The notes beneath the pieces are model-generated. The model made no database searches. It worked only from the letters and a program-made list of their open reading frames with translations, and had not been told where the DNA came from. Of a DNA stretch of 64,000 nucleotides, positions 18,202 to 26,962 are shown piece by piece. Position 1 is the first letter of the stretch, and each line of letters begins with the position of its first letter. The stretch lies in assembly GCA_041660745.1 (NCBI GenBank), contig JBAZVT010000001.1, forward strand, positions 4,377-68,376, given 5' to 3'. A program made the translations under genes and the position numbers. The stretch comes from Minisyncoccota bacterium. GTDB lineage: Bacteria > Patescibacteriota > Minisyncoccia > Phycocordibacterales > JBAZVT01.

Positions 18202-20281
18202 AACGCACCTTGGCGTCGGCCAGCTGCCACCAATTGTCGGCGGTGCTGTATTTCCGGGCCATGGCCTCGGCGACTTGGCTGATGTCTTCAGGCAAGTGAG
18301 GGTCATGGCTGGGATCAGGCAAGGGTATGCGGATTTTCCACAGCTGGCCGCCTTCCAGCAAGGCAAAGGCCTGCCCCTTGGGCAGCGCCATGATATCGGC
18401 CGTGGTCAGCATAGGTGCTTCGCGCAGGCCTAGGCTGTCCTCATTCCTGCTGATATAGTCCACCCCGGTGGTCAAGTCGGAGGAGTCCACCACCCCGGAC
18501 ACGGCGGTGAGCGTCATAATGTCCACCGGGTCTAGCTGATTGGTCAACAATTCCGCAGTCAACGGCTCTTTCACCCGCAGCATGACCAGAGTGTTGAAGT
18601 TGCCGACAATTTGGCCGGACTTGGCGCTAGTGCCCACCCGGGCCTCGATATCCGACAAGGTCTGGGTATAGGCGGTAACCTGGAAGCCGGCACCGCCGGC
18701 CTTATTGACCAGCGGGATAAACTCATCACCGATCAGCTCATTGAACTCATCACAATGCAGGTTGATGACCGGTGGCGTGGTGGCCTGTCCCTCTAACGGC
18801 GGCAGGCCAGAAGCCACCCCGTGCTTATAGATATGCCCGGCGACCGAGACCAGGTCGGCAAACATGGCATTGCCGACCGCCGATGACACCGCGGTATCGG
18901 TTTGCGCATCCAGGCCAACATAGACGATGCCGCCCCGCCGGATCACCTGCATCCAGTCAAAAATAGGCCGGCTGTCAGCCGTGTCCGCATAGTTCGGTGC
19001 CAGCAAATCGGCGATCTTGCCGGAAATCAGCTTTTCCATGAGCGGCAGCAAGGATGCCACCAACTTGTCATAGTATTTCTTGTCATATTCAAAAATCGAG
19101 CGCAGGCCATCGGCAATGCCATCGTACAGCCCGTTCTCCTTGGCATAGCGGATCATGGCAATGACCTCATGCGAACGTCCCTTCAACTCAAACGGCAAGT
19201 CCTTGTCCTGGATGCCGGCGGCCTGTTCCAAAATGGCCTGGTCCCAGCCCTTGGGGGCGGCTTCAGCCAACCAGTGCCGGTAGTAGGCCACCAGCAAGGG
19301 GTCTATATTGTTGATATAACGCACCACTTGCCGGTAATCAGGGCGTTGCCCCAGAGCATAGACGGCACTGCCGACGATATTGGAAAAGCGCCAGGCAAAC
19401 TCCCGGAAGGCGGCCGAATTGCCCTGGGAGGGCAAGGGGTTGGCGATGCGCGTGGCGATCTCGGTGATCCTGGAAAAGTTGCCAACGGGATTATAGCGTG
19501 CCGACAGTTCGGGGAAACCCAGGTGGAACAGGGTCAAGGCGTTTTGCCGGCCACTGCGGTGGGCTTCCGCCACCACCCGTTTCATTAGCGCCGGGTCGCC
19601 CTTGGGGTCAAACACGATGACCACATCGCCCCGGTGGATGTCCTGGGTAATTAAAATTTCCGCGAGCCGGGTCTTGCCGACACGCGTGGTGCCGAGCACT
19701 AAGGTATGGCCGACGCGTTCATACAGCGGCATGCTGACGTTGGATTCCACCATGCCCACGGCATGCAAGGCGATCTTGCCGCCTAGCGGGGCAATCGGCG
19801 GCACCGGGTTCCACCAGGCATCTTGCGACAACAGCCTGACCAGGCGGCCGACGAGGCGGGCCTGGCTGTACTGGCTGTACTTGTGCTCCAATAGCCGGGC
19901 CCAATGGTACAGTTTCCCGGGCTCGACATAGCGCCTGACCCGGGGTTGGCGGGCATCATACAGGCGCTGGCTGTGTTCCTGGTACCAGCGGAAACCCTTG
20001 CCCAAAAATAACCGTTGCTTACTGACCGGGATGCTGTCCGGGCGCACTTGGTAAAGCGGCAAGCGTTTCATGTTGCGTTGGTAACGCAGCACCTTAAAGG
20101 CCTGGCGCCCGCGCACAATGGCCAGCAAGGCTAAGCCGGCGCTGACCGGGTAGGCCAGCGGCACCGGCAACATAAGCGTTTGTGGGGTGCCGAGACAGAT
20201 CAAGGCTGCGCAGCTTGCCGCCGCCGCCGACCATAATTCTATGGGTGGGCGTAGCAGTGCTTCCAAGGGTTGCCGGCTCAT
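18194..20281 (-). CDS. traD: Conjugative coupling protein TraD (VirD4-like), PFGI-1/SXT class.
   Basis: 695-aa ORF. Two N-terminal TM segments; Walker A LVLGTTRVGKTRLAEI; large cytoplasmic ATPase domain. Confidence 0.75.
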   Translation of the reverse strand: MSRQPLEALLRPPIELWSAAAASCAALICLGTPQTLMLPVPLAYPVSAGLALLAIVRGRQAFKVLRYQRNMKRLPLYQVRPDSIPVSKQRLFLGKGFRWYQEHSQRLYDARQPRVRRYVEPGKLYHWARLLEHKYSQYSQARLVGRLVRLLSQDAWWNPVPPIAPLGGKIALHAVGMVESNVSMPLYERVGHTLVLGTTRVGKTRLAEILITQDIHRGDVVIVFDPKGDPALMKRVVAEAHRSGRQNALTLFHLGFPELSARYNPVGNFSRITEIATRIANPLPSQGNSAAFREFAWRFSNIVGSAVYALGQRPDYRQVVRYINNIDPLLVAYYRHWLAEAAPKGWDQAILEQAAGIQDKDLPFELKGRSHEVIAMIRYAKENGLYDGIADGLRSIFEYDKKYYDKLVASLLPLMEKLISGKIADLLAPNYADTADSRPIFDWMQVIRRGGIVYVGLDAQTDTAVSSAVGNAMFADLVSVAGHIYKHGVASGLPPLEGQATTPPVINLHCDEFNELIGDEFIPLVNKAGGAGFQVTAYTQTLSDIEARVGTSAKSGQIVGNFNTLVMLRVKEPLTAELLTNQLDPVDIMTLTAVSGVVDSSDLTTGVDYISRNEDSLGLREAPMLTTADIMALPKGQAFALLEGGQLWKIRIPLPDPSHDPHLPEDISQVAEAMARKYSTADNWWQLADAKVRYG

Positions 20282-20850
20282 TGTTCCAGCCCCTTGGCGG
20301 TTACCAACACCGGGTAATGCCGCAGGCCAAATTGCGTGGCCAAGTCCGAGCCCTGCACAGGGCTCAGCTGCAAGCCAGGCGCCAAGGCCTGTAGCTGCTG
20401 GAAAGCTTCTGCGCTGGGCGCCTCCACCACCAGGCCAGCGGCACCGACGGCCTGCAAGCGGGCGGCGTATTGGCTGAGCCAGGCCTGGGACTGGGCATCC
20501 GTGCCAACAACAAAAAACGGCGCCGGCAAAACCTGCTGGAAGGCACGGCCGGGCTCAACGCCGGGGCTTAGCTCCGGGGTGCTGACCGGGAACAACTGGT
20601 TGACAAAGTCGGCGGCCAAAGCTTCGGCCTCCAACGCCGGTGGGGCCTGTGGCAAGGCCGGGGCAGCGATGAAGTCTGCCATCGGGTGGCCTTGCCCGGT
20701 GTCATAGATCGCCACTGGCACGGCCACGGCAGGACTAGGGCATAAGGCGGACAAATTCGCCGCCAGCATCAATAAGGCGGCCTTATAAGGGCTGGGCAAG
20801 CCGCCATAAACATTCATATTTATAGGCATTTCAGTGCGCTTACTTAACAT
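20278..20850 (-). CDS. ICE periplasmic protein, PFGI-1 class.
   Basis: 190-aa ORF with a signal peptide (ALLMLAANLSALCPSPAVA). Translationally coupled to traD. Confidence 0.45.
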   Translation of the reverse strand: MLSKRTEMPINMNVYGGLPSPYKAALLMLAANLSALCPSPAVAVPVAIYDTGQGHPMADFIAAPALPQAPPALEAEALAADFVNQLFPVSTPELSPGVEPGRAFQQVLPAPFFVVGTDAQSQAWLSQYAARLQAVGAAGLVVEAPSAEAFQQLQALAPGLQLSPVQGSDLATQFGLRHYPVLVTAKGLEQ

Positions 20851-20852
20851 GG

Positions 20853-21758
20853 TTATCCTAGGGGTGGAGGCACCGGATGTTGGGTGCGTGGGTAGTTCGC
20901 CATGATGCTGTGGACATACTGGCGGGTTTCAGGGTAAGGCGGGATGCCTTGGTAGCGTGCCACCGCGTTCTCCCCAGCATTGTAAGCTGCCAGGGTCAAG
21001 GCCACATCGCCCTGGAAACGCCTTAGCAGCCAGTGCAGGTAGGCCATGCCGCCGCGCAGGTTATCCTCCGGGTCAAATGGGAAGCGCACGCCAAAGCGTT
21101 GGGCGGTGGTGGGGAGCAGTTGCATCAGGCCTTGGGCCTGTTTCGGTGAGCGTGCTTTTGGGTTAAAGCCGGATTCCTGGGCGATCACGGCGGTCACCAA
21201 GGCCGGATCCAGGGTGTAGGCCGGGGCCAGGCGGGCAACCAAGTCGGCAATCTGTTGCGGTTGTTTAGGGGGGTTTGCAGCCCGCTTGACAGGCTGGCAA
21301 AAGCCAGCCCAGCCTAAACGGTCAAAGCGTTGGCTAAGCCGGTTCAAGGCACGGCTTTTATAATTGAACTTGGGCAAGCCCAAGGCCAAGTTGGTTTGCG
21401 GGTCTAGCAAATCCACAATGTTGGCCTCGGTGCCGGTAACCGGCACTTGCAGCAAGCCCACCTGAATATCCGGTAGCTGTCGGTGTATGGCCGCCAGCAA
21501 GGCGGCATGGGCGTCGGCACGGCTTGGGTAGTAGTGGCTTTGCCCGGCACTGCTGAGTGTCCAGGGCCATGGTGTTTTACAGCCATTGTCGAGCACCACG
21601 CCCGAGCGCTGCAATGCGGCCAGGTAGGCCAGTTTGGCCGGTACCTTGGCGCTGGCGGCAGCATGCACATAGCCGGCCGGCAAGGGCGGGGCAGCGCCAG
21701 CTACGGCGGCCAGCGCCATCAGGCAGAGGCCTAGCGCGGGCCTACCTGGGCACAGCAT
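20853..21758 (-). CDS. Lytic transglycosylase (SLT domain), ICE-associated.
   Basis: SLT motifs AQESGFNPKARSPKQAQGLMQLLPTTA and YNAGENAVARY. ORF extends to 21893; the probable start is the signal peptide at MLCPGRPALGLCLMALAAVAGA. Confidence 0.7.
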   Translation of the reverse strand: MLCPGRPALGLCLMALAAVAGAAPPLPAGYVHAAASAKVPAKLAYLAALQRSGVVLDNGCKTPWPWTLSSAGQSHYYPSRADAHAALLAAIHRQLPDIQVGLLQVPVTGTEANIVDLLDPQTNLALGLPKFNYKSRALNRLSQRFDRLGWAGFCQPVKRAANPPKQPQQIADLVARLAPAYTLDPALVTAVIAQESGFNPKARSPKQAQGLMQLLPTTAQRFGVRFPFDPEDNLRGGMAYLHWLLRRFQGDVALTLAAYNAGENAVARYQGIPPYPETRQYVHSIMANYPRTQHPVPPPLG

Positions 21759-22305
21759 CCAGGCCACATTGCACCTGATACAAGAGTGCCAACCAATACT
21801 GGGGCAAAAACACATCCGCCAACCAGGCCCTGGCGGCCGCTTCAAAAAGGAAATGGCACTGCAGGCAGCAGGCGCTGACCGACGTGCCGGCATAAAATTG
21901 CCAGCCCTGGGTCAAGCTGGCGCCACTGTCCCAGCCATAGGCCACCATCGCCGGTAAAGCCTGCTCTAGTCCAGCGAAGACACGATGTTGCAAATACTCC
22001 AGCAATAGGCCTTGGCGGTGGCAACGCCCCAATAATGCTTCCGGGCAGAATTCCCAGACCACTTGGTTGCCCTGCCGGCGCTCCCATAAGACCCCCCAGG
22101 CAAACACAAAGCCATAGGCGTGTTTGAACGGCACGTTAGGCGGTTTGTCCATAGCTGGCGCCATGGGCTTGTGCGCGGCCATCAGCCGCCGCCTAAACGC
22201 AAACTCAGCAGCCAGCACCGGTGGCAGCGGTAACCTTTGTTTATGCGTCAAGTCAATCCGCCCTGCTGTGCCAGTGGCGTCGTCCGGTGCCTGCGGCTGC
22301 GCCAT
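21742..22305 (-). CDS. Hypothetical ICE protein.
   Basis: 187-aa ORF in the operon. Trp-rich, with no recognised motif. Confidence 0.35.
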   Translation of the reverse strand: MAQPQAPDDATGTAGRIDLTHKQRLPLPPVLAAEFAFRRRLMAAHKPMAPAMDKPPNVPFKHAYGFVFAWGVLWERRQGNQVVWEFCPEALLGRCHRQGLLLEYLQHRVFAGLEQALPAMVAYGWDSGASLTQGWQFYAGTSVSACCLQCHFLFEAAARAWLADVFLPQYWLALLYQVQCGLDAVPR

Positions 22306-23126
22306 CAGTGTTCCAAGGCCGTGGGCTCAAAGGCAGTGAAGGCCTTGTCCCGTTCCAATACCGATTTCGGCACTGTCGCAGCAATGCCGGCCACTGTTGC
22401 CAACGTCCCCCGGTCATGGTTCAAGGTCACTGACTTGTGCTTCAGGCGGGCAGGGTCAAACTTGTGCTGCTTTGCCCAGGCCCTGATGTCATCATCGCTG
22501 TTGGCATCAACAACAAAAATGTCCAATTGCGTCTGACTTAAGCTGGTGGCCGCCAATAACAGCGCCAACTGTTGGCCACAAGGTAAGCAGGGCTTGATGC
22601 GGGTAAAGAACAGGACCCGGTCTTGCCGGGTCAAATGCAGAGCTGGTGGGGCAGCCGGCAAACCCAGCACAGCGGTGTCTATGAGGGCGCCGTTGGGGTT
22701 TAATTTACGGGCTTCTTCGGCATAGGCCTTGGCAAATGCCAACACCCGTGCGGTGTCTTCCTGCATCAGTTTGGCAAGGCGGGCAGCATAGTCGCGGCGT
22801 TCACGGTCGCTGTCGGCATGGATGCCCAACACTTCAAGGGGTGACAGGTTAACCGGGCTGATGCTGCCACGGATGCCTTGCATCAGGCCCTCATAGCGTG
22901 TCCATTCGTTTTCATCCAAGCCCCATTGGCTACGGCTGAAGCGGGCGTTCTCCGCCGCACTGGCATGGGCATTGGCTGTCCCCAGGCTCGGGCCTTGCAC
23001 CTGTGTGGTGCTGGTGTCCACCGCCCAGCTGTCCGGCAGGGCCAAGAGCATCAGGGCAGTGCCTAAAAGCAGGTGGGCGGGCTTAGCCAAAGCCATCGCC
23101 CCTACACGGTGTTGGCGCTTATTCAT
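22305..23126 (-). CDS. ICE periplasmic protein, possible thioredoxin-like fold.
   Basis: Signal peptide (LLLGTALMLLALPDSWA) and a CLPCGQQ motif. ORF extends to 23195; start chosen at MNKRQ. Confidence 0.4.
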   Translation of the reverse strand: MNKRQHRVGAMALAKPAHLLLGTALMLLALPDSWAVDTSTTQVQGPSLGTANAHASAAENARFSRSQWGLDENEWTRYEGLMQGIRGSISPVNLSPLEVLGIHADSDRERRDYAARLAKLMQEDTARVLAFAKAYAEEARKLNPNGALIDTAVLGLPAAPPALHLTRQDRVLFFTRIKPCLPCGQQLALLLAATSLSQTQLDIFVVDANSDDDIRAWAKQHKFDPARLKHKSVTLNHDRGTLATVAGIAATVPKSVLERDKAFTAFEPTALEH

Positions 23127-23883
23127 AGCCGCCCTTGTCTTGCCGGTGTAGGACCTGACGCCCACGGGTGCCCTGTAAGGTGACCTGGTCAGCATCGGCG
23201 GCCTCTATAGTCCAGTCCGACACCGGATCACCAATTTTAATTAGTTGATACTGGTTGCTGGGGCTTGCCTTGACCAGCACCCGTTTTTGCCCGCCCCAGC
23301 GGTTGACTGCCAGCACCTGGTAGGCCGGCACCAGGCGGGCTAGTGGCAAACTGTCCGGGGCATCGAGGTCACGGCCAGCGGGGTTGCGGCGGCGGGATGC
23401 GGCTGAAGCAAGCGGTTGCCGCCTGCGGACAGCAGGCTTAGCGGAAGGTGTTGTTGACGCTGGGGCGGCCTTGGCCGGCAGCGCTATTTTTAAGTTGTCG
23501 AGTTCTGCCTGCTGCCGGGCCAAGGTGGCCTGCACCTCCGTTAAGCTGGTACCCAAGCTGTTGGCCAAGGCTTCCAGCCTGGACAGGCGCAGGCCATAGT
23601 CGTCCAGAATTTGGCCATGCCGGCTTATGGCCACCGTTAAGCTAGGCTCAGGGCTGGATTCAAGCGGGATAGGTCCAGCTGCAGTACTGGCCGCATCAAG
23701 CGTAACCGCTGGTACTGCCGTAGCGGCTTCTATAGCTGTAGGGGTTGACGAAGGCTTGGTCAAGGCACGATAGCTAAATAACCCAATACAACTTAACAAG
23801 CCTAAGATGATGACAACTATTAAGGGCAAATAAGGCGATACCGGCCAGTTAAGGGCTTTTAAACGGGCGAGGACAGCAGTCAT
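23119..23883 (-). CDS. ICE membrane-anchored protein with coiled coil.
   Basis: 254-aa ORF. N-terminal TM (LPLIVVIILGLLSCIGLF), coiled-coil segment and C-terminal beta-rich region. Confidence 0.4.
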   Translation of the reverse strand: MTAVLARLKALNWPVSPYLPLIVVIILGLLSCIGLFSYRALTKPSSTPTAIEAATAVPAVTLDAASTAAGPIPLESSPEPSLTVAISRHGQILDDYGLRLSRLEALANSLGTSLTEVQATLARQQAELDNLKIALPAKAAPASTTPSAKPAVRRRQPLASAASRRRNPAGRDLDAPDSLPLARLVPAYQVLAVNRWGGQKRVLVKASPSNQYQLIKIGDPVSDWTIEAADADQVTLQGTRGRQVLHRQDKGGYE

Positions 23884-24404
23884 TGGGCAACCCCGGGTGG
23901 GTAGCTGGGATCTAGGTCATAGGCCACCACCCGGCCCACGGGGTCCACCAATAAGCGGTAGCCATTGCCAGCCAAGGCCAGCAAGGCATCGCGCAAAATG
24001 ACATTGGCAAAATGCCGGTGTACCTCGGGGATGATTTGCCGTACCAGCGCCTGTACTTTCGGGTTAGGGGTAATGGTGGTACTGAAATGGTAACCGCTAA
24101 ACTGCAACAGGTATTGGGCGCTGTCACGCACGGTGTTGACATTGGGGGGGAGTTGTACGTCGATGACGGTCAACAGGGGGTTTAACTGTTCCAGGGTTGG
24201 TGTTGCCGGCACATAGGTGTAACGGCCGGTCTGGGTTTGTACAGGCTCAGGTAATGCTAAGCTCGGCTGGCTTTGATAGGCTTCCGGCAAGCTTAGGCCT
24301 ACGGCACTTGGGGCTTCCGTCTGCCCTGGGCTGGGGGCTTGCGCACAAGCTGCCAGGGCTAGGCTAAGCAGGGTTAGGCTTATGGGTAGGGCTCTGGATG
24401 GCAT
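23880..24404 (-). CDS. pilL: PilL-like ICE lipoprotein (first gene of the transfer operon).
   Basis: Lipobox LLSLALAACAQ after the start MPSRAL (ORF extends to 24467). First gene after the conserved box at 24469-24500, matching the position of PilL in PFGI-1-class ICEs. Confidence 0.5.
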   Translation of the reverse strand: MPSRALPISLTLLSLALAACAQAPSPGQTEAPSAVGLSLPEAYQSQPSLALPEPVQTQTGRYTYVPATPTLEQLNPLLTVIDVQLPPNVNTVRDSAQYLLQFSGYHFSTTITPNPKVQALVRQIIPEVHRHFANVILRDALLALAGNGYRLLVDPVGRVVAYDLDPSYPPGVAQ

Positions 24405-24468
24405 GGGGTTCACCTTCGTTTTGGGGTCAGGTGAATGATGGCCCAGACGGCTTGTTGATTTCAACAAT

Positions 24469-24500
24469 CAACCGTCTATCCATGGCATGCGATTAAATTG
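24469..24500. promoter_or_regulatory. Second copy of the conserved ICE box ATCAACCGTCTATCCATGGCATGCGATTAAAT, upstream of pilL.
   Basis: See 16281-16312; an adjacent TTGATTtcaacAATCAA inverted repeat is present. Confidence 0.55.
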
Positions 24501-24904
24501 GCCGGTTTCTTTGGCGCTAAGCCATAAAGCCGTTTAGGGAGGGGGAAAGAATGGCCATCTTAAGCCACCCCTGGTTTTAGGCACCATTATAAACTAGGGG
24601 TAAGGATACGTTTATCGCCAGTAGGTTCTCCTGATATTGGAAATAACCAGGCCAACCAACCAGCGAGGATAGGGTATTGACCCTATCACAATGCCTAGTG
24701 CCTATTAAATAGGGTACGGCTCCAACTGGATGACCTGGAGCCGACATTGACCAGTCACGGCTACCGCGTCAAAGACCTAGTAGAGCAATTCGACGCCAAA
24801 CCAGCAGAGATTAAGGCACTATTCAGCAATAGCTTAGACGCTACTCGCATGGCTGAACTACGCAGCCAATTTTTGGCTGCTGGTCTGCCTATCTGATGAG
24901 CCTT

Positions 24905-25075
24905 GATAGCTAATTTCATTTGCAATTAAAGCCCGCGAAATTGATTTGCGAGCTGACACGGATAAATGCAAGCTCATTTGCAGATAATTTGAGCTCGACG
25001 GTTATTTCATTTGCAATTATTGTGAGCTCAAAACAACGTTAAATGCGAGCCCGGCCGGTTTCAAATGCGAGCCGT
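24905..25075. repeat. Array of at least six short degenerate direct repeats (AAATGCRAGC / TTTCATTTGCAATTA) interspersed with GAGCTC-containing units.
   Basis: Read directly: aatttcatttgcaattaaa, ttgatttgcgagc, aaatgcaagctcatttgcag, ttatttcatttgcaattatt, taaatgcgagccc, tcaaatgcgagcc. Non-coding and AT-rich. Confidence 0.55.
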
Positions 25076-25197
25076 TACAATTACTCACTGCGTCAAGGTA
25101 TGGGGTTATAGTATAACCATATGTATTTAATAGATAACTTTGTTCTGGTAGCAGTATTGTAAACTGACCCCGTTGATCCTAATGTTTGTTTGTTCAA

Positions 25198-25539
25198 TCA
25201 ATTCCATATCACAATTGGCTCTCCAGGGACTCGGAGTTGCATTGCTTCTGGCCCCATATACGCCTCGTCTCGCATATCTATCCGAAGCGCCCAATTGTTT
25301 TCGAACCTAATCGTAATCGTATCCACACCCTCATCTACGTAAGTAACAATATTGCCAATCAACCGCTGTATATCACCCAAAACAAATCCCACTAACTCAT
25401 ACCTATTGTAAATGGCGAGGCTAATCCTGTTTTCAAAGCTTATCCCAGTATCGCCATCAGCGAATACAGCATCTTCAATCTTTAAGCCGCAGATGACACT
25501 CAGTTTTGATTTTCCCATTTCCGTTGTCCCGCTAGTCAA
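25198..25539 (-). CDS. Putative immunity protein for the orphan RHS toxin tip.
   Basis: 113-aa low-GC ORF immediately downstream of, and overlapping, the orphan toxin-tip ORF. This is the position expected for a cognate immunity gene. Confidence 0.4.
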   Translation of the reverse strand: MTSGTTEMGKSKLSVICGLKIEDAVFADGDTGISFENRISLAIYNRYELVGFVLGDIQRLIGNIVTYVDEGVDTITIRFENNWALRIDMRDEAYMGPEAMQLRVPGEPIVIWN

Positions 25540-26401
25540 TTGGAAAGTGCGATGGAGAATTGGGTAAAGTCTTACCGCTGTATGGATCTACTCCCTGTGG
25601 CCTAGGGATTGCTGAATTTTCGTACTTGATATAACCGTTTGGATAGCCTGGGCTATTACCCCTTGCTGGAGTTGGGTTCATTAACCTAATTGTTGAAACC
25701 TGTCCGTTTGCACCACCCGCACCACCAGTGAATGCAACACCTGTTTGACTCCCTGCAGGACTAATTACTGGACTTGGGCCAGTTGCTCCTTTCGGGACGG
25801 GGAAAGCAGTCCCACTTGGAGACACGACGAAGTCAGGAGCCCCATTAGCCCCCCCTGCAACATCACTAGACTGATTATTATAAACATTATTCAAAGCCGC
25901 TTGATTAGCACTAAGTAATCGTTGCCCTGCATCAAGCACTAAACCAGAGCCAATCGCTACACCAGCAGCAGTCGCCGGAGCCAATGCAACTGAACCGCCC
26001 CCTAACGTCGGCAACCCAGAAAGTAAATTACCACTAACAGAACCGCCTATAATGGCCGTACCCAGTGCGCCTTCTAAGATACCAATTCTGGTTTGGGGAT
26101 TGGTTAAGACACTGCCAAAATAACTAATCGTCGGTGTAATCGCATTGGAAATCCGGTTCGCGTCAACCCACTGGGATCATTAAAGTTTACCGGATTATTG
26201 CCGACATAGGCATACAAATTAATGCCCGCCGCCATAACCCAAGGGGTCACGCTGGATAAACCGGCCTAAATTTGGCCAGTAGTAGCGTGCCCGGTAGAAA
26301 TATAAGCCGGGACTGTCCTTCGACCGCTCCCGGCCCGTGTAGCTGTAGTCCGGAAAGCTGCCGGTCAGGAAGGAGTTTCTACCATACACGTCATAACGCA
26401 C
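25532..26401 (-). pseudogene. Orphan (displaced) RHS C-terminal fragment: about 240 bp of RHS core end plus an alternative toxin tip.
   Basis: 26170-26401 is about 85% identical to 27495-27740 of the main RHS gene and encodes ...GLYFYRARYYWPNLGRFIQRDPLGY. The continuation is interrupted by a stop, so it splits into ORFs 26219..26401 and 25532..26014. The downstream 160-aa tip differs from the main toxin tip. Confidence 0.6.
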
Positions 26402-26611
26402 CCAGGCCCTGGTGGCTGGTTTGTACTACAGTTTTTAATCAGAAATCAGTCGAAACTGATCCCAATACTGCAAAATTCAAGACCAGACCCTGTTCTTCCA
26501 GAATTTGCGACAGTGCCCAGCCGCAACCAAGACCGACCCCGTTCTTCTCGTATGATCAACAATCAATCGAGACTGCCCCCTTGATTACGGTTAGCCTAGT
26601 AACTATAACCC

Positions 26612-26962
26612 TCAGAATATTGAGGCTAGAGAAGACCAATCAGGTTCAATTAGTGAACCATTTCCCCATCTAATCAACTCTAATTCTAAAAGTCGGCCAT
26701 TTTCATCCTTAAACAGATCGACAGAAATACTAGTTCCATCTTTATCTTTGAGTGTCCATTCAAAACCGAATGATTTTTGTCCTTGGTATTCGGGTCTGAC
26801 ATAGCCTTCTATTCCGAAGATAATTCGTGATCCATCAGATGTTTCTTCCGCAACGAAAGCGCGTGCATAATCTTCTTCCAACTGTAATCTTTCTTGTTCT
26901 GATAGCTGATCTGTTACCGTGCTTATCAAATTTCTCTCATTAACGTTAAGTGCTCGTTTCAT
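26612..26962 (-). CDS. Putative immunity protein for the main RHS C-terminal toxin.
   Basis: 116-aa acidic low-GC ORF overlapping the RHS stop by 4 nt. This is the classic toxin-immunity arrangement. Confidence 0.5.
   Translation of the reverse strand: MKRALNVNERNLISTVTDQLSEQERLQLEEDYARAFVAEETSDGSRIIFGIEGYVRPEYQGQKSFGFEWTLKDKDGTSISVDLFKDENGRLLELELIRWGNGSLIEPDWSSLASIF

Larger units (their letters stand above)
655..24500. mobile_element. Conjugation/T4SS module of a PFGI-1/ICEclc/pKLC102-class integrative conjugative element (partial; no integrase or att site in this window).
   Basis: Collinear minus-strand set of MOBH relaxase, TraG-like, VirB4-like ATPase, TraD coupling protein, SLT transglycosylase, PilL-like lipoprotein and many small ICE-specific membrane and periplasmic proteins; about 63% GC. 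Confidence 0.75.

Noticed and set aside
24905-25075. Possible CRISPR array.
   Set aside because: Repeat units are about 10-15 bp, degenerate and irregularly spaced. There are no 28-37 bp repeats with uniform spacers and no cas genes.
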